Assembly: GCA_963785725.1 (NCBI GenBank)
Contig: CAWAWS010000008.1
Coordinates: 1 to 64,000 of the forward strand
Direction: 5' to 3'
Length of the DNA stretch: 64,000 bases
Origin: an uncultured delta proteobacterium
GTDB taxonomy: Bacteria; Myxococcota_A; Polyangia; Palsa-1104
How positions within the stretch are numbered: position 1 is the first letter of the stretch; each line of letters begins with the position of its first letter. Both the position numbers and the translations under genes were made by a program. Positions 18,689-28,333 of the stretch are shown here, one piece after another. Below the pieces are notes generated by a model. It worked only from the letters and a program-made list of their open reading frames with translations, was not told the origin of the DNA and did no database searches.

Positions 18689-19819
18689 TCATTCGTGCGC
18701 GGCGCCCGTGAAGAACGCGATGAGGCCGAGCGGGGCGCGGTCGTCGTAGAGGAGAGCGAGCAGGCGGTGCGCCTCTGCGGCTTCGGCCTGGCTGCGCGGG
18801 AACAGCGCCTGCTCGTACTCGGTGAGCGCCGCTTCGATGTCGTCGGGGTGCGCGGCGATCGCCTTGCCGAGCTCGGCGCCGTCGAACATCGCCAGGTTCG
18901 CGCCCTCGCCGGACGGCGGCATCAGGTGCGCGGCGTCGCCGAGGAGCGTCACGCCGGGCACGCGGTCCCAGCGGTGCCCGATCGGCAGCGTGTGGATCGT
19001 GCGCGGGACGGGCGCGGTCTCGCCGTCGGTGATCAGCGCGGTGAGCGCCGGCGCCCAGCCCGCGAACTCGGCCGCGACCGCCGCCGTCGCCGCCGGTGCG
19101 TCGGTGAAGTCGATGCCGCGAACCACGAAGCGGGGCGTTGCAGCGCGACGTAGGTGTGCAGGACGCCGTCCGGCTCGCGGTGCGCGTGGATCCCCTTGCC
19201 CGGGGCGAGCGCGAACATCGCGCCTCCGCCGACCGCCGCGGCGCTCGCCGCGTGCCGCTCGTCGGCGTCGTACAGGTACGTCTCGATGAACGAGGTGCCG
19301 ACGTACTCGGGCTGGGCGTCGGAGAGCAGCGGCCGGACCTTCGACCAGGCGCCGTCCGCGCCGACGAGGAGGTCGGTCCGAACCGTCGTCCCGTCGGCGA
19401 AGGTCAGCTCGTGCCGGCCCTCGCCGAGCGCGCGAACCGCGGTGAGCTTCTTGCCCCACGCGATCGACGCCGCCGGCAGCGAGTCGACGAGCAGGCGGCG
19501 CAGGTCGCCGCGAAGAACCTCGGGCCGACCGCCGCTGCCGTCGTCGGGCTCGTCGAGCAGCACCGTGCCGTGTCGGTCGAGCCCGCGCAACGCCTCGCCG
19601 CCCTCGTGGATGAGCCCGAGGAAGCGGTCGTAGAGCCCCGCGGCCTTGAGCGCGAGCTGCCCGTTGTGCTGGTGGATGTCGAGCATGGCCGCCCTGGGTG
19701 CGGGCGTCGGCGGAGGCGTCCGCCTCGTAGATCGTGGCCGGGATGCCGTGGACGTGCAGGACGCGGGCGAGGGTGAGGCCGCCGAGGCCGGCGCCGATGA
19801 TCGTGACCTGCGTCGTCAT
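18689..19819 (-). CDS. TetX-like FAD-dependent monooxygenase (two frameshifts, ~19690 and ~19120)
   Basis: IIGAGLGGL, RTQGG-MLDIH, RPEVLRGDLR, LVGADGAWSKVR, LLGDAAHLMPPSGEGANLAM; ORFs 18689-19819 and 19033-19686 combine into one protein. Confidence 0.85.
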   Translation of the reverse strand: MTTQVTIIGAGLGGLTLARVLHVHGIPATIYEADASADARTQGGHARHPPAQRAARAQGRGALRPLPRAHPRGRRGVARARPTRHGAARRARRRQRRSARGSSRRPAPPARRLAAGGVDRVGQEAHRGSRARRGPARADLRRRDDGSDRPPRRRGRRLVEGPAAALRRPARVRRHLVHRDVPVRRRRAARGERRGGRRRRDVRARPGQGDPRAPRAGRRPAHLRRAATPRFVVRGIDFTDAPAATAAVAAEFAGWAPALTALITDGETAPVPRTIHTLPIGHRWDRVPGVTLLGDAAHLMPPSGEGANLAMFDGAELGKAIAAHPDDIEAALTEYEQALFPRSQAEAAEAHRLLALLYDDRAPLGLIAFFTGAAHE

Positions 19820-19873
19820 CGTCTCCCTCCATCCCGTCGCGAGACCGCCGGGCAGTCGCTGGTCAGCCGTTTA

Positions 19874-19909
19874 TGGAACATTGTTCCAATAGATTGGAAC
19901 GGCGTTCCA
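19874..19909. promoter_or_regulatory. Twin TetR operators
   Basis: TGGAACA-T-TGTTCCA (19874-19888) and TGGAACG-G-CGTTCCA (19895-19909), both perfect 7-1-7 palindromes, between the divergent monooxygenase and tetR genes. Confidence 0.85.
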
Positions 19910-19928
19910 GATGTGTCAAGATGGATCC

Positions 19929-20600
19929 ATGGCACGCAAGTCACGGCGAGCGGAGCGACGCACGGACGCGCTCTCGCGCGAGCGCATCGTCGAGGCCGCG
20001 ATCGAGCTCCTCGACGCCGAAGGCGAGAGCGGGCTGACCTTCCGCGCGCTCGCGACGCGCCTGGCGACCGGCCCGGGCGCGATCTACTGGCACGTGGCGA
20101 ACAAGGGCGAGCTGCTCGCCGCGACGACGGACGACGTCGTCGCGGCGGCCATGAACGCGGTCGGCGAAGAGGCCGCGCCGGCGGAGGCCATCCGCGCCGT
20201 CGCGCTCGGCCTGTTCGACGCGATCGACGCGCACCCCTGGGTCGGCGCCCAGCTGGCGCGGGAGCCGTGGCAGTCGGCGATGCTGCAGATCTTCGAGCGC
20301 ATCGGCGTGCAGCTGCAGGCGCTGCGGGTGCCGAAGCGGGCGCTGTTCTTCACCGCGTCGGCGCTCGTGAATTACGTCCTCGGCGTCGCCGGCCAGAACG
20401 CCGCGGCCGCCCGCAATCCGGCGCACGGCGGCGACCGCGACGCCTTTCTCGCGACCGTCGCCGCCCGGTGGTCCGCGCTCGACCCCGAGACCCATCCGTT
20501 CATCCGGCAGATGGCCACGCAGCTCGCCGGCCACGACGATCGCGCGCAGTTCCTCGCCGGGATCGACCTCATCCTCGCCGGCCTGGCCACCGTCCGCTAA
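19929..20600 (+). CDS. TetR-family repressor with a TetR_C-like C-terminal domain
   Basis: LSRERIVEAAIELLDAEGESGLTFRALATRLATGPGAIYWHVANKGELL HTH; FLAGIDLILAGL C-terminus. Confidence 0.92.
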   Translation: MARKSRRAERRTDALSRERIVEAAIELLDAEGESGLTFRALATRLATGPGAIYWHVANKGELLAATTDDVVAAAMNAVGEEAAPAEAIRAVALGLFDAIDAHPWVGAQLAREPWQSAMLQIFERIGVQLQALRVPKRALFFTASALVNYVLGVAGQNAAAARNPAHGGDRDAFLATVAARWSALDPETHPFIRQMATQLAGHDDRAQFLAGIDLILAGLATVR

Positions 20601-20722
20601 GCAGTGTCCCTTGGCGCGTGATCCGTCGCGAGATCCAGCGTCCGGCGCTGCGGCGCCTGTCTCTCGCGTGTCTCATGGGACACTGTTTTGTTCGAGAGGG
20701 CGACGCTAGCGGTGACCGCTCC

Positions 20723-21058
20723 ATGTCCTATACTCGCCTCGTGGTATGGCGCGTTCTAGCGGTCGCGTGGGTGTTCGCGTTGCGGTTGGCAGCGCAGGCC
20801 GCTCCCGTCGCCGCGGCCGAGGGCCCGGCGTCGCCGGCGCCGGAAATGACGAGCGCGCACCGCGAGGCGACCGGAGACGGCGCCGACGCTCCCTTCGACC
20901 TCGACGACGATGACGATGACCCGGATGATGCCGCGCTGCCGGCGGGGATCGCGCTCTTCATTCCCGATCCGGTGACGCAGCTGCGCTCATGGTCCGTCGG
21001 TCCGCTCGCCACCAAGTGCACCTTGGATCCGCTGTTTCGTCCGCCGCGCCGCGCCTGA
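20723..21058 (+). CDS. Small exported protein with an acidic run and C-terminal RPP motif
   Basis: Signal-like N-terminus, DLDDDDDDPDD, ends DPLFRPPRRA. Confidence 0.5.
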   Translation: MSYTRLVVWRVLAVAWVFALRLAAQAAPVAAAEGPASPAPEMTSAHREATGDGADAPFDLDDDDDDPDDAALPAGIALFIPDPVTQLRSWSVGPLATKCTLDPLFRPPRRA

Positions 21059-21112
21059 TGCACGCCACGAAAACGGTGATGTGGGCAGGCTCACGCGCAA
21101 CGGAGGACGATC

Positions 21113-21475
21113 ATGGTGCTTCTAGTCGATGACGATCAGGATTTTTGCGATTCGATCCGCGACCTGCTGCTGCGGCGCGGCTACGCGGTAGCGACGGCGA
21201 GGGACGGTCAGCAGGCGCTCGATACGCTGTCGGTCAGCCAGGCGCCCTGCGTCGTCCTGCTCGACCTCGTGATGCCGGGCATGGACGGCTGGGGTTTCCT
21301 CACGGTCGTCAAAGCCGACCCGCAGATGGCGACGATTCCCATCGTCATCGCGTCGGCGCACTCGGCGACGCACGCGCCGACCGGCGTCGCCGGCGTGCTG
21401 CAGAAGCCGTTCGCGCTCGCCGATCTGTTCAGTTACGTCGAGCGCTATTGCGGCCCGGCGCGGGTCGGCGTGTAG
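21113..21475 (+). CDS. Single-domain response regulator
   Basis: VLLVDDD, LLDLVMPGMDG, LQKPF; GGAGG RBS upstream. Confidence 0.9.
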   Translation: MVLLVDDDQDFCDSIRDLLLRRGYAVATARDGQQALDTLSVSQAPCVVLLDLVMPGMDGWGFLTVVKADPQMATIPIVIASAHSATHAPTGVAGVLQKPFALADLFSYVERYCGPARVGV

Positions 21476-22771
21476 TCAAGCGCGCGGCAGCGCGATCCAC
21501 AGCCGCCGTTCGCGCTTGCCGTTATGGACGCCGACGGCGCCGCCGCACGCTTCGACGCGTCGGCGCGCCGTCGCCAGGCGCAGGTCGATGCCGGGATGGA
21601 GCGAGCCGGGATTCTGCAGCTGCGGATCGAACGGGTCGCTGAACCGATCGCCGTCAGGCGCCGAGCGCACCGAGATGCGCACGTAGCGCGCCGACGTCTG
21701 CACCTCGATGCCGTCGAGCGCGACGACACCGGGCGGCAAGCCGCCGCCGAACAGGTCGGCGAGCAGCTCATGCAGCACCGGCTCGGCGCACCCGACGTGC
21801 AGCCCGGGATCGACGTCGACTTTGATCCCGGCCCGGCTCGCGGCGGCGGCGAGCGGCGATGACAGCGGCGTGCGCGGCGCGGGCTCGGCGGATGGAATGG
21901 CCGCCTTGGCAAAGGTCGTCAGCCGCTCGATGCTCTGCTCGATGCGCACGAGCGAGCGCTCCGCCCGCGCCAGCGCGTCGCGGCGGACCCCGTCGTCGTG
22001 GCCCTCCTCCTCGAAGATGCGCAGCGCCACGCGAATCGGCATCAGCGGCGTGGCGATCTCGTGACCGACCTGGATCGCCAGGTGATCGAGCTCGCGGGCG
22101 CGCCGCCGCAGCGTCGTGACGAAGCGCTCCACCGTGCGTGCCGCCAAGAGCGTCGAGACGAACGCGACGAGGATGGCGAGCCCGTCGAGCGCGAAGGCGT
22201 AGACGTTGCGCCGCCGGCTGCCCGTCACGATGGCGTGCGCGCCCGCCTCCAGCTTGCTGCGGTTGAGATCGGAGATTTCGCGCAACGACGCTTCGAGCTG
22301 ATCGATAACGCCGTCGACCCGCTGTTGCGTGGCTGCGCGCGCCGACGTGGGCAGCGGGCGCGCCGTCGGCTGGTCGACGAGCCGGTCGAGCTGCTTCAGC
22401 TCGGTGGGAACGCGCGCGAACAGCGCTTGCTCGCCCGAGTAGTCGGGCAGCTTCTCGTACGCGGCGAGCACGGCGTCGATCTGCCGCCGCTCGTCGCGGT
22501 AGCGCGAGCGCGCGCGCGCCAGTGCCGCCTCGTCCTCGGCGGCGATGACGCCGTCGGCGGCGCGCCCGAGCCCGCGCAGCTCGGCGCGGGCCTCGGCCAG
22601 CTCGGCGATGCTCGGCGCCGCGTTGGAGGCAATATCGAGCGCGTCGAGATCGCTGGTCAGGCGCAGCTGCGAATAGATGGTCGCGGCGACGAAGATGGCG
22701 ACGACGAGGCCCATCGTCCGCGGCAGCATGTGCCCAAACGCGGGCGCTCGATGAGGCCGACGCCCCGGCAT
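21476..22771 (-). CDS. Membrane sensor kinase-like protein with a degenerate HATPase domain
   Basis: TM, four-helix periplasmic domain, TM, H-box GHEIATPL; N/G1/G2 boxes not conserved; start uncertain (22771 or 22729). Confidence 0.65.
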   Translation of the reverse strand: MPGRRPHRAPAFGHMLPRTMGLVVAIFVAATIYSQLRLTSDLDALDIASNAAPSIAELAEARAELRGLGRAADGVIAAEDEAALARARSRYRDERRQIDAVLAAYEKLPDYSGEQALFARVPTELKQLDRLVDQPTARPLPTSARAATQQRVDGVIDQLEASLREISDLNRSKLEAGAHAIVTGSRRRNVYAFALDGLAILVAFVSTLLAARTVERFVTTLRRRARELDHLAIQVGHEIATPLMPIRVALRIFEEEGHDDGVRRDALARAERSLVRIEQSIERLTTFAKAAIPSAEPAPRTPLSSPLAAAASRAGIKVDVDPGLHVGCAEPVLHELLADLFGGGLPPGVVALDGIEVQTSARYVRISVRSAPDGDRFSDPFDPQLQNPGSLHPGIDLRLATARRRVEACGGAVGVHNGKRERRLWIALPRA

Positions 22772-22950
22772 GGCAACTCTATACCGCCAGGCTCGGTGAT
22801 GCACAATCCACCGTCGCTCGGAGCCGACTAAGCTCAGCCGCATGCGCGGCGATATCGTATTTCGGGTCTATGGCGGCTTCGCCGAGCGCGTCGACGGGGA
22901 GCCATCAAAATCACTGTGGCGAGATCCTGGTCAGCGCGCGCCCGTCGCGG

Positions 22951-25900
22951 TCAGCCGTTGCGCGAGACCGCCGATCGGTTGCGGCTGCGGATCCAGTTGT
23001 GCGCCAACACCAACAGCGGCGGCTGCAGCACGCGCGTCAGCACGGCCAGGATGAGCGAGCCGCCGATGACGACGACCGCCAGCGGCTTCTGCGTCTGCGC
23101 GCCGATGCCGTTGGAGAGCGCCGCCGGCAAGAGCCCGAGCGTCGCCACCAGCGTCGTCATGAGCACCGGCCGGAAGCGCTGCTCGGCCGCGATGCGCGCG
23201 CCTTCTTCGATCGTCTTGCCGAACGCCCACTGTCGCTGTGCATAGGTGACGACCAGAATGGCGTCTTGAATGGCGATACCGAAGATGCTGATGAAGCCCA
23301 TGGCGGCGGAGACCGAGAAGTTGATGCGCGTCAATAAGAGCGCCAAGACGCCGCCGGTGCACGCCACCGGAATGGAGACGACGACAATCAACGTATCAAT
23401 CCAGGTTTTGACGGCGCTGTGCACGAGAAAGACGATGATCAAGAGCGTCAATGGAATGATGAGAACGAGGCGGCCCATCGCCTCTTTGAGCTCGTTGATC
23501 TCGCCGCCCCATTCCAAGTGCGTGTCGTAAGGCAGTCGAACGCGACTGGCGATCTCGTGCTGCGCTTCGGCGATGGTCGACTTCAGATCGCGGCCGCGCA
23601 CCGAGAATTTGACCGGCGCATAGCGCATGCCGTCTTCGCGATAAATGGTCGAGGGACCATCCTCTTGGCGAATGTCGGCGATCTGTCCCAAAGGAATCTG
23701 CGAGCCGTCGGGCGACGCCACGGTGATCTGACGAATGGCAGAGACCGTGTCGCGCGTCGCCTCTTTCCAGCGCACCGTGAGGTCGAAGGACTTTTCGCCT
23801 TCGTACACTTGGGTGACGGCTTGGCCGCCGATGGCCGCTTGAATGACCGCCTCGACGTCGCCGACGTTGAGCCCATAACGCGCGCAGCGGGCGCGGTCGG
23901 GCACGATCATGATGCTCGGCTGTCCCAATGAATGAAAGAGGCCGAGGTCTTTGACGCCTTTGACCTGCCCCATGACGTCGACGATGTTTTGCCCCTTACG
24001 CTCGTTGAGGCGCAAGTCGGGGCCGATGATCTTGACCGAGTTCTCGCCTTTGACGCCCGATAAGGCCTCCTCGACATTGTCGGAGATGTACTGCGAGAAA
24101 TTGAAGACGACGCCGGGGAACTCCTGTTTCAGCTGCGCCGCGACCTCGTCCGTGAGCTGCTCTTTGCGGACGCCGCGCGGCCATTCGTCGAACGGCTTGA
24201 GCGGCGCGAAGAGCTCGATGTTGAAGAAGCCGGAGACGTCGGTGCCGTCGTCGGGCCGGCCGAGCTGCGAGACGACCGTGACCACCTCTTCGTGCGCGCG
24301 CAGAATCTGCCGCATACGGCCGACGTATTTCGCCGACTGTTCGAGTGAGATCGACATCGGCAAGGTCGCGCGAATCCAGAAGTTGCCCTCTTCCAGCTTG
24401 GGCATGAACTCGCCGCCGAGCAGCGGAAACAGCGCCGCGCACAAGACGATCGGAATGAGCGACAACAACACCGCCGTGCGCGGACGGCGCAACGCCGCGT
24501 CGAACATCGGCGCATAGAGCCGATGCAAGAGCTGCATGATGCGGCTCTCTTTCTCCTCGGTGTCGACCGGCATCGCGCGCCGCGCCAAGGTCGGCGTCAG
24601 CGTCAGCGCCAAGACGATGGCGCCGCCGATGGCGAACGCATAGGTGTGCGCCATCGGCGAGAAGATGACGCCGGAGACGCCCGTCATCGTGAACAGCGGC
24701 AGGAACGCGATGCCGATGATGACGGTCGAGAACATCATCGGACCGCCGACCTCGGCCGCGGCCGCTTCGATGCGCTCGCGCATGTCGCCGTGACCGTGCG
24801 TGCCCAAGTGGCGAAAGATGTTCTCCATCATGATGACGGTCGAGTCGATGACGATGCCGAAGTCGACCGCGCCCAGCGAGATCAGGTTGGCCGGCGTTCC
24901 CGTCATCACCATGCCAATGAACGCGATCAACAACGCCAGCGGAATATTGAGCGCGGTAATGAGCGCCGCCCGCGTATTGCCGAGAAACAGGAACAGGACC
25001 GCGGTGACGAGCAACATGCCGACGAGCAGGTTCTCGAGCACAGTGTGCGTCGTCAGCTTCACCAGGCGGCCGCGATCGTAATAGGGCTCGATATCGATGC
25101 CGGGCGGCAATAAATTGTATTTGCGAATGTATTCGATGCGGTCGTAGATGCCGTCGAGCGTCGTCGGCGTCTCGGCGCCATAACGCATGAGAATGATGCC
25201 TTGCACGATGTCGGCGTCGTCGCGATCTTTGCATTCGTGCCCTTGATTGAGCACGCGCACCTCTTCGCAGGCGTTGCTCCCTTGCATCGCGTCGTATTTG
25301 CAGTACCAGGGCTCGCTCACTTTGCCCATGCAGCCCCATTTGCCGACGATTCCGAGGCGCGGCGCATAGCCGAGCACCATCTCGGCGATATCGCGGACGC
25401 GAATGGGAATGTTGCTGCCCGAGCGGTCTTTCATCTCGGCGACGACGATGTCGCCGATGTCGCGCAGCGTGCGAATCAATCCCAGCCCGCGCACCGTGAA
25501 CGATTGTTCGCCGATCGATAAGCGCTGTCCGCCGACATTTTGATTGGCGTTTCCGATCGCCTGAACGAGCTGCGCCAACGTGACGCCTTGCCCGCGCAGT
25601 CGATAAGGATCGACCTCGACGTGATATTGCTTGGTCTCGCCGCCGTAGCTGGTGACGTCGATGACGCCGGGGACCTGCTTGAACTGCCGATCGAGAATCC
25701 AATCCTCGACCGTCTTCAAGTCGCGCAGCGTATAGCGGTGCTCTTTGGTCGTGTCGACGACCGCATAACGAAACACTTCGCCGATGGCATTGGTCGGCGA
25801 AATCTGCGCCTGCAGCCCACTCGGGAGCTGCACGAACTGCAGTCGATTGATGACCTCTTGCCGCGCGTCTTTATATTGCACGCCCCACTTGAAGTAACAC

Positions 25901-26181
25901 TTCACGTCGGAGAGCCCGAACAGCGACTGCGAGCGCACGTGATCGAGGCCGGGCATTCCCGCGAGCCCGATCTCCAGCGGAATCGTCACGTAGCGCTCGA
26001 TCTCTTCGGCGCTCAGCCCTTGCGGCTGCGTAATGACCTCCACCAGCGGTGGCACCGGGTTGGGATAGGCCTCGATATCGAGCTGCGCATAACTGTAGAG
26101 CCCGCCGACGAGCACGACAAAGGCGAGAACGGCGACGACCAACGGCATACGCAGCGCTGCGGAGACTAAGCTTTGAATCAC
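22951..26181 (-). CDS. czcA: CusA/CzcA-family heavy-metal efflux RND transporter
   Basis: IEAYPNPVPPLVEVITQ, SLGAVDFGIVIDSTVIMMENI, GGEFMPKLEEG, RFRPVLMT, QKPLAVVVIGG; GTG start with GAGG RBS. Confidence 0.93.
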   Translation of the reverse strand: MIQSLVSAALRMPLVVAVLAFVVLVGGLYSYAQLDIEAYPNPVPPLVEVITQPQGLSAEEIERYVTIPLEIGLAGMPGLDHVRSQSLFGLSDVKCYFKWGVQYKDARQEVINRLQFVQLPSGLQAQISPTNAIGEVFRYAVVDTTKEHRYTLRDLKTVEDWILDRQFKQVPGVIDVTSYGGETKQYHVEVDPYRLRGQGVTLAQLVQAIGNANQNVGGQRLSIGEQSFTVRGLGLIRTLRDIGDIVVAEMKDRSGSNIPIRVRDIAEMVLGYAPRLGIVGKWGCMGKVSEPWYCKYDAMQGSNACEEVRVLNQGHECKDRDDADIVQGIILMRYGAETPTTLDGIYDRIEYIRKYNLLPPGIDIEPYYDRGRLVKLTTHTVLENLLVGMLLVTAVLFLFLGNTRAALITALNIPLALLIAFIGMVMTGTPANLISLGAVDFGIVIDSTVIMMENIFRHLGTHGHGDMRERIEAAAAEVGGPMMFSTVIIGIAFLPLFTMTGVSGVIFSPMAHTYAFAIGGAIVLALTLTPTLARRAMPVDTEEKESRIMQLLHRLYAPMFDAALRRPRTAVLLSLIPIVLCAALFPLLGGEFMPKLEEGNFWIRATLPMSISLEQSAKYVGRMRQILRAHEEVVTVVSQLGRPDDGTDVSGFFNIELFAPLKPFDEWPRGVRKEQLTDEVAAQLKQEFPGVVFNFSQYISDNVEEALSGVKGENSVKIIGPDLRLNERKGQNIVDVMGQVKGVKDLGLFHSLGQPSIMIVPDRARCARYGLNVGDVEAVIQAAIGGQAVTQVYEGEKSFDLTVRWKEATRDTVSAIRQITVASPDGSQIPLGQIADIRQEDGPSTIYREDGMRYAPVKFSVRGRDLKSTIAEAQHEIASRVRLPYDTHLEWGGEINELKEAMGRLVLIIPLTLLIIVFLVHSAVKTWIDTLIVVVSIPVACTGGVLALLLTRINFSVSAAMGFISIFGIAIQDAILVVTYAQRQWAFGKTIEEGARIAAEQRFRPVLMTTLVATLGLLPAALSNGIGAQTQKPLAVVVIGGSLILAVLTRVLQPPLLVLAHNWIRSRNRSAVSRNG

Positions 26182-26225
26182 GGCCTCAGCCTAAGTGCGG
26201 GCCGCGAATGTCACGTTGCGCCAAG

Positions 26226-26241
26226 ATTACGAATTCGTAAT
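26226..26241. promoter_or_regulatory. CzcR/CusR-type box ATTAC-N6-GTAAT
   Basis: Perfect 16-bp palindrome ATTACGAATTCGTAAT in the 103-bp gap between divergent czcA and the response regulator. Confidence 0.8.
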
Positions 26242-26284
26242 GTTGACCGGCGCGTTGCATCGCCTCTGCTAGCATTCAGCGAAA

Positions 26285-26953
26285 GTGAGGGTGCTCTTAG
26301 TCGAGGACGAGGATCGTTTGGCGCGCTTCTTGGAACGCGTGCTGAAAGAGGAGGGGTACACCGTGGACCGCTGCGGCAGCGGCGCCGACGCGGTGACGCA
26401 GGTTCGCTCCGGCGATTACAACCTCGTGCTCCTCGACTGGATGATCCCCGATCTCGATGGGCTCGAGGTCTGTCGCCAGCTGCGCCGCTTCGGCTCGACG
26501 GTGCCCATCCTCATGTTGACCGCGCGCGACGAAGTGGGCGAGCGCGTGCTCGGCCTCGACGCCGGCGCCGACGATTACCTGGTCAAGCCGTTCGAGATCG
26601 AGGAGCTGCTGGCGCGCATCAACGCGCTCTTGCGTCGCGCGCAAGGTCACGCCGTGTCGAGCGTCGGCCCGCTGGCCATCGATCGGGCCGGCCGCCGCGT
26701 GCTGCTCGACGGCAAGGCGCTGGACTTGACCGCGCGCGAGCTGGCGCTGTTGCTGCATTTGGCGCATCGCGTGGAGCAGATCGTCACCCGCACCGAGCTT
26801 TTGACGCAGGTGTGGTCGATTCGCTTCGATCCCGAGTCGAACGTCGTCGAAGTGCACATGAGCCGGCTGCGCGACAAGCTCGGCCGGCACGCCTGGATGA
26901 TCGAGACGGTGCGCGGGCGCGGCTATCGGCTGCGCACCCGTCACGACGAGTAG
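26285..26953 (+). CDS. OmpR-family heavy-metal response regulator (CzcR/CusR-like)
   Basis: RVLLVEDE, LLDWMIP, GADDYLVKPF, SNVVEVHMSRLRDKL, IETVRGRGY. Confidence 0.92.
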   Translation: MRVLLVEDEDRLARFLERVLKEEGYTVDRCGSGADAVTQVRSGDYNLVLLDWMIPDLDGLEVCRQLRRFGSTVPILMLTARDEVGERVLGLDAGADDYLVKPFEIEELLARINALLRRAQGHAVSSVGPLAIDRAGRRVLLDGKALDLTARELALLLHLAHRVEQIVTRTELLTQVWSIRFDPESNVVEVHMSRLRDKLGRHAWMIETVRGRGYRLRTRHDE

Positions 26954-26971
26954 CCGCACGAGGAGGATCTC

Positions 26972-28333
26972 ATGAGCTTTCGCAGTCGCCTCGTCGGCGC
27001 CGTCAGCGGCGTCACCGTGCTCACGTTGGGCGGCGCCTTCTTCGCGGTCTTGCAGCTGATGAACGGCGAGCAGCAGCGGCAGCTCGACGTCGCGCTGCGC
27101 GCCGAGGCCAGGCAAGAGGCGCGCGAGGCCGCGCACGGCGGCGACGGCGCCGCGCTCATGATCTCCGACGGCCCCGGGCCGTACGGCAACGACATCGGCC
27201 CGCTGACGAAATATGGCGCGATCTTCGCCGGCGACGGTCGTCTATTGTCGAGCACCGAGACGTTCAACGGCCGCGTCCCGCGGCTCGACGACCTACGCCA
27301 TCCGCCGGGCGAATGCTTCGATCTCTGGTTCCACCGCGAGCACCTGCGCGCCGTGCTCATGGACGTGCCCGGCCATCCCGGCAATCTGTTGATGCTGGCG
27401 GCGCCGCGGCTCGACCTCGACAGCGACGCGGCGTTCCTGCGGCGCGCCATGATCATCGTCTTCGCCGTCGCCGTCGCCTGGGCGGTGGCGTTGGCGATGT
27501 GGATCGTGCGCCGGCTGACGCGGGGTCACGCCGCCGTCGCCGGCGTCGCCCGGCGCGTGGCCGACGGCGATCTGTCGGCGCGCGTGCAGCCCGACGCGAG
27601 CGATCCGGAAATGGCGCAGCTGGCCCGCGACGTCAATCAGATGATCGAGCGGCTCGCCAAGCTGCTGCAGACGCAAGAGGAGTTCATCACGCACGCCGCC
27701 CACGAGCTGCGCTCGCCGTTGACGACGCTGAACGGCGAGCTCTCGCACGCGCTGCGCAAGGCGCGCGACAGCGACGGCTATCGACTGGCGATCGCCAGCG
27801 CGCTCGAGTCGGCGCAGCGGCTCAAGGGCTTGGCCGAGAATCTGCTCAGCCTGGCGCGCATCGACGGCACCGCCGACGAGCCGCGCGATCCTTTGTGGCT
27901 CAACGAGGTCATCGAGCACGCGCGCCGCGCGGTCGCGCCCGAGGCCGAAGGCGGCGGCGTCTCGATCGAGATCGACGACGAGGCCTGCGCGGTGACGGGC
28001 AACGCGCGCGATCTCGAGCGGCTGTTCTGCAATCTCCTCGAGAACGCCATTCGCCACTCGCCACGCAACGGCCTGGTCCGCGTCGAGATCGCGCGCGCGC
28101 CCTCCGGCCGGCGCGTCGAGGTGCGCATCGCCGACGACGGCCATGGCATCGCCGCCGTCGAGCGCGAGCGCGTCTTCGAGCCGTTCTATCGCAGCCCGGG
28201 GGCTTACGGCATTCCCGGTCACGGCCTCGGCCTGGCCATCGCGCGCAAGATCGCCCGCGCCCACGGCGGCGAGGTTCGCCTCGGCGACAGCGACAAGGGC
28301 GCCTGCTTCGTCGTCGACATGCCGGCGGCCTGA
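26972..28333 (+). CDS. HAMP sensor histidine kinase (CzcS/CusS-like)
   Basis: Two TMs, HAMP, AAHELRSPL, NLLENAIRH, DDGHGI, GHGLGL. Confidence 0.92.
   Translation: MSFRSRLVGAVSGVTVLTLGGAFFAVLQLMNGEQQRQLDVALRAEARQEAREAAHGGDGAALMISDGPGPYGNDIGPLTKYGAIFAGDGRLLSSTETFNGRVPRLDDLRHPPGECFDLWFHREHLRAVLMDVPGHPGNLLMLAAPRLDLDSDAAFLRRAMIIVFAVAVAWAVALAMWIVRRLTRGHAAVAGVARRVADGDLSARVQPDASDPEMAQLARDVNQMIERLAKLLQTQEEFITHAAHELRSPLTTLNGELSHALRKARDSDGYRLAIASALESAQRLKGLAENLLSLARIDGTADEPRDPLWLNEVIEHARRAVAPEAEGGGVSIEIDDEACAVTGNARDLERLFCNLLENAIRHSPRNGLVRVEIARAPSGRRVEVRIADDGHGIAAVERERVFEPFYRSPGAYGIPGHGLGLAIARKIARAHGGEVRLGDSDKGACFVVDMPAA

Noticed and set aside
14861..19153. 1430-aa plus-strand ORF
   Set aside because: Antisense shadow of the kinase-AAA gene; high GC3 suppresses stops on the opposite strand, and it has no recognisable motifs
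18689..19819. Pseudogene or programmed-frameshift interpretation of split genes (also 84-1377, 4929-5368, 54163-54763, 63425-64000)
   Set aside because: Where I could localise them, the indels are single bases in short runs, scattered over unrelated genes with intact motifs, which fits long-read error; cannot be excluded without reads
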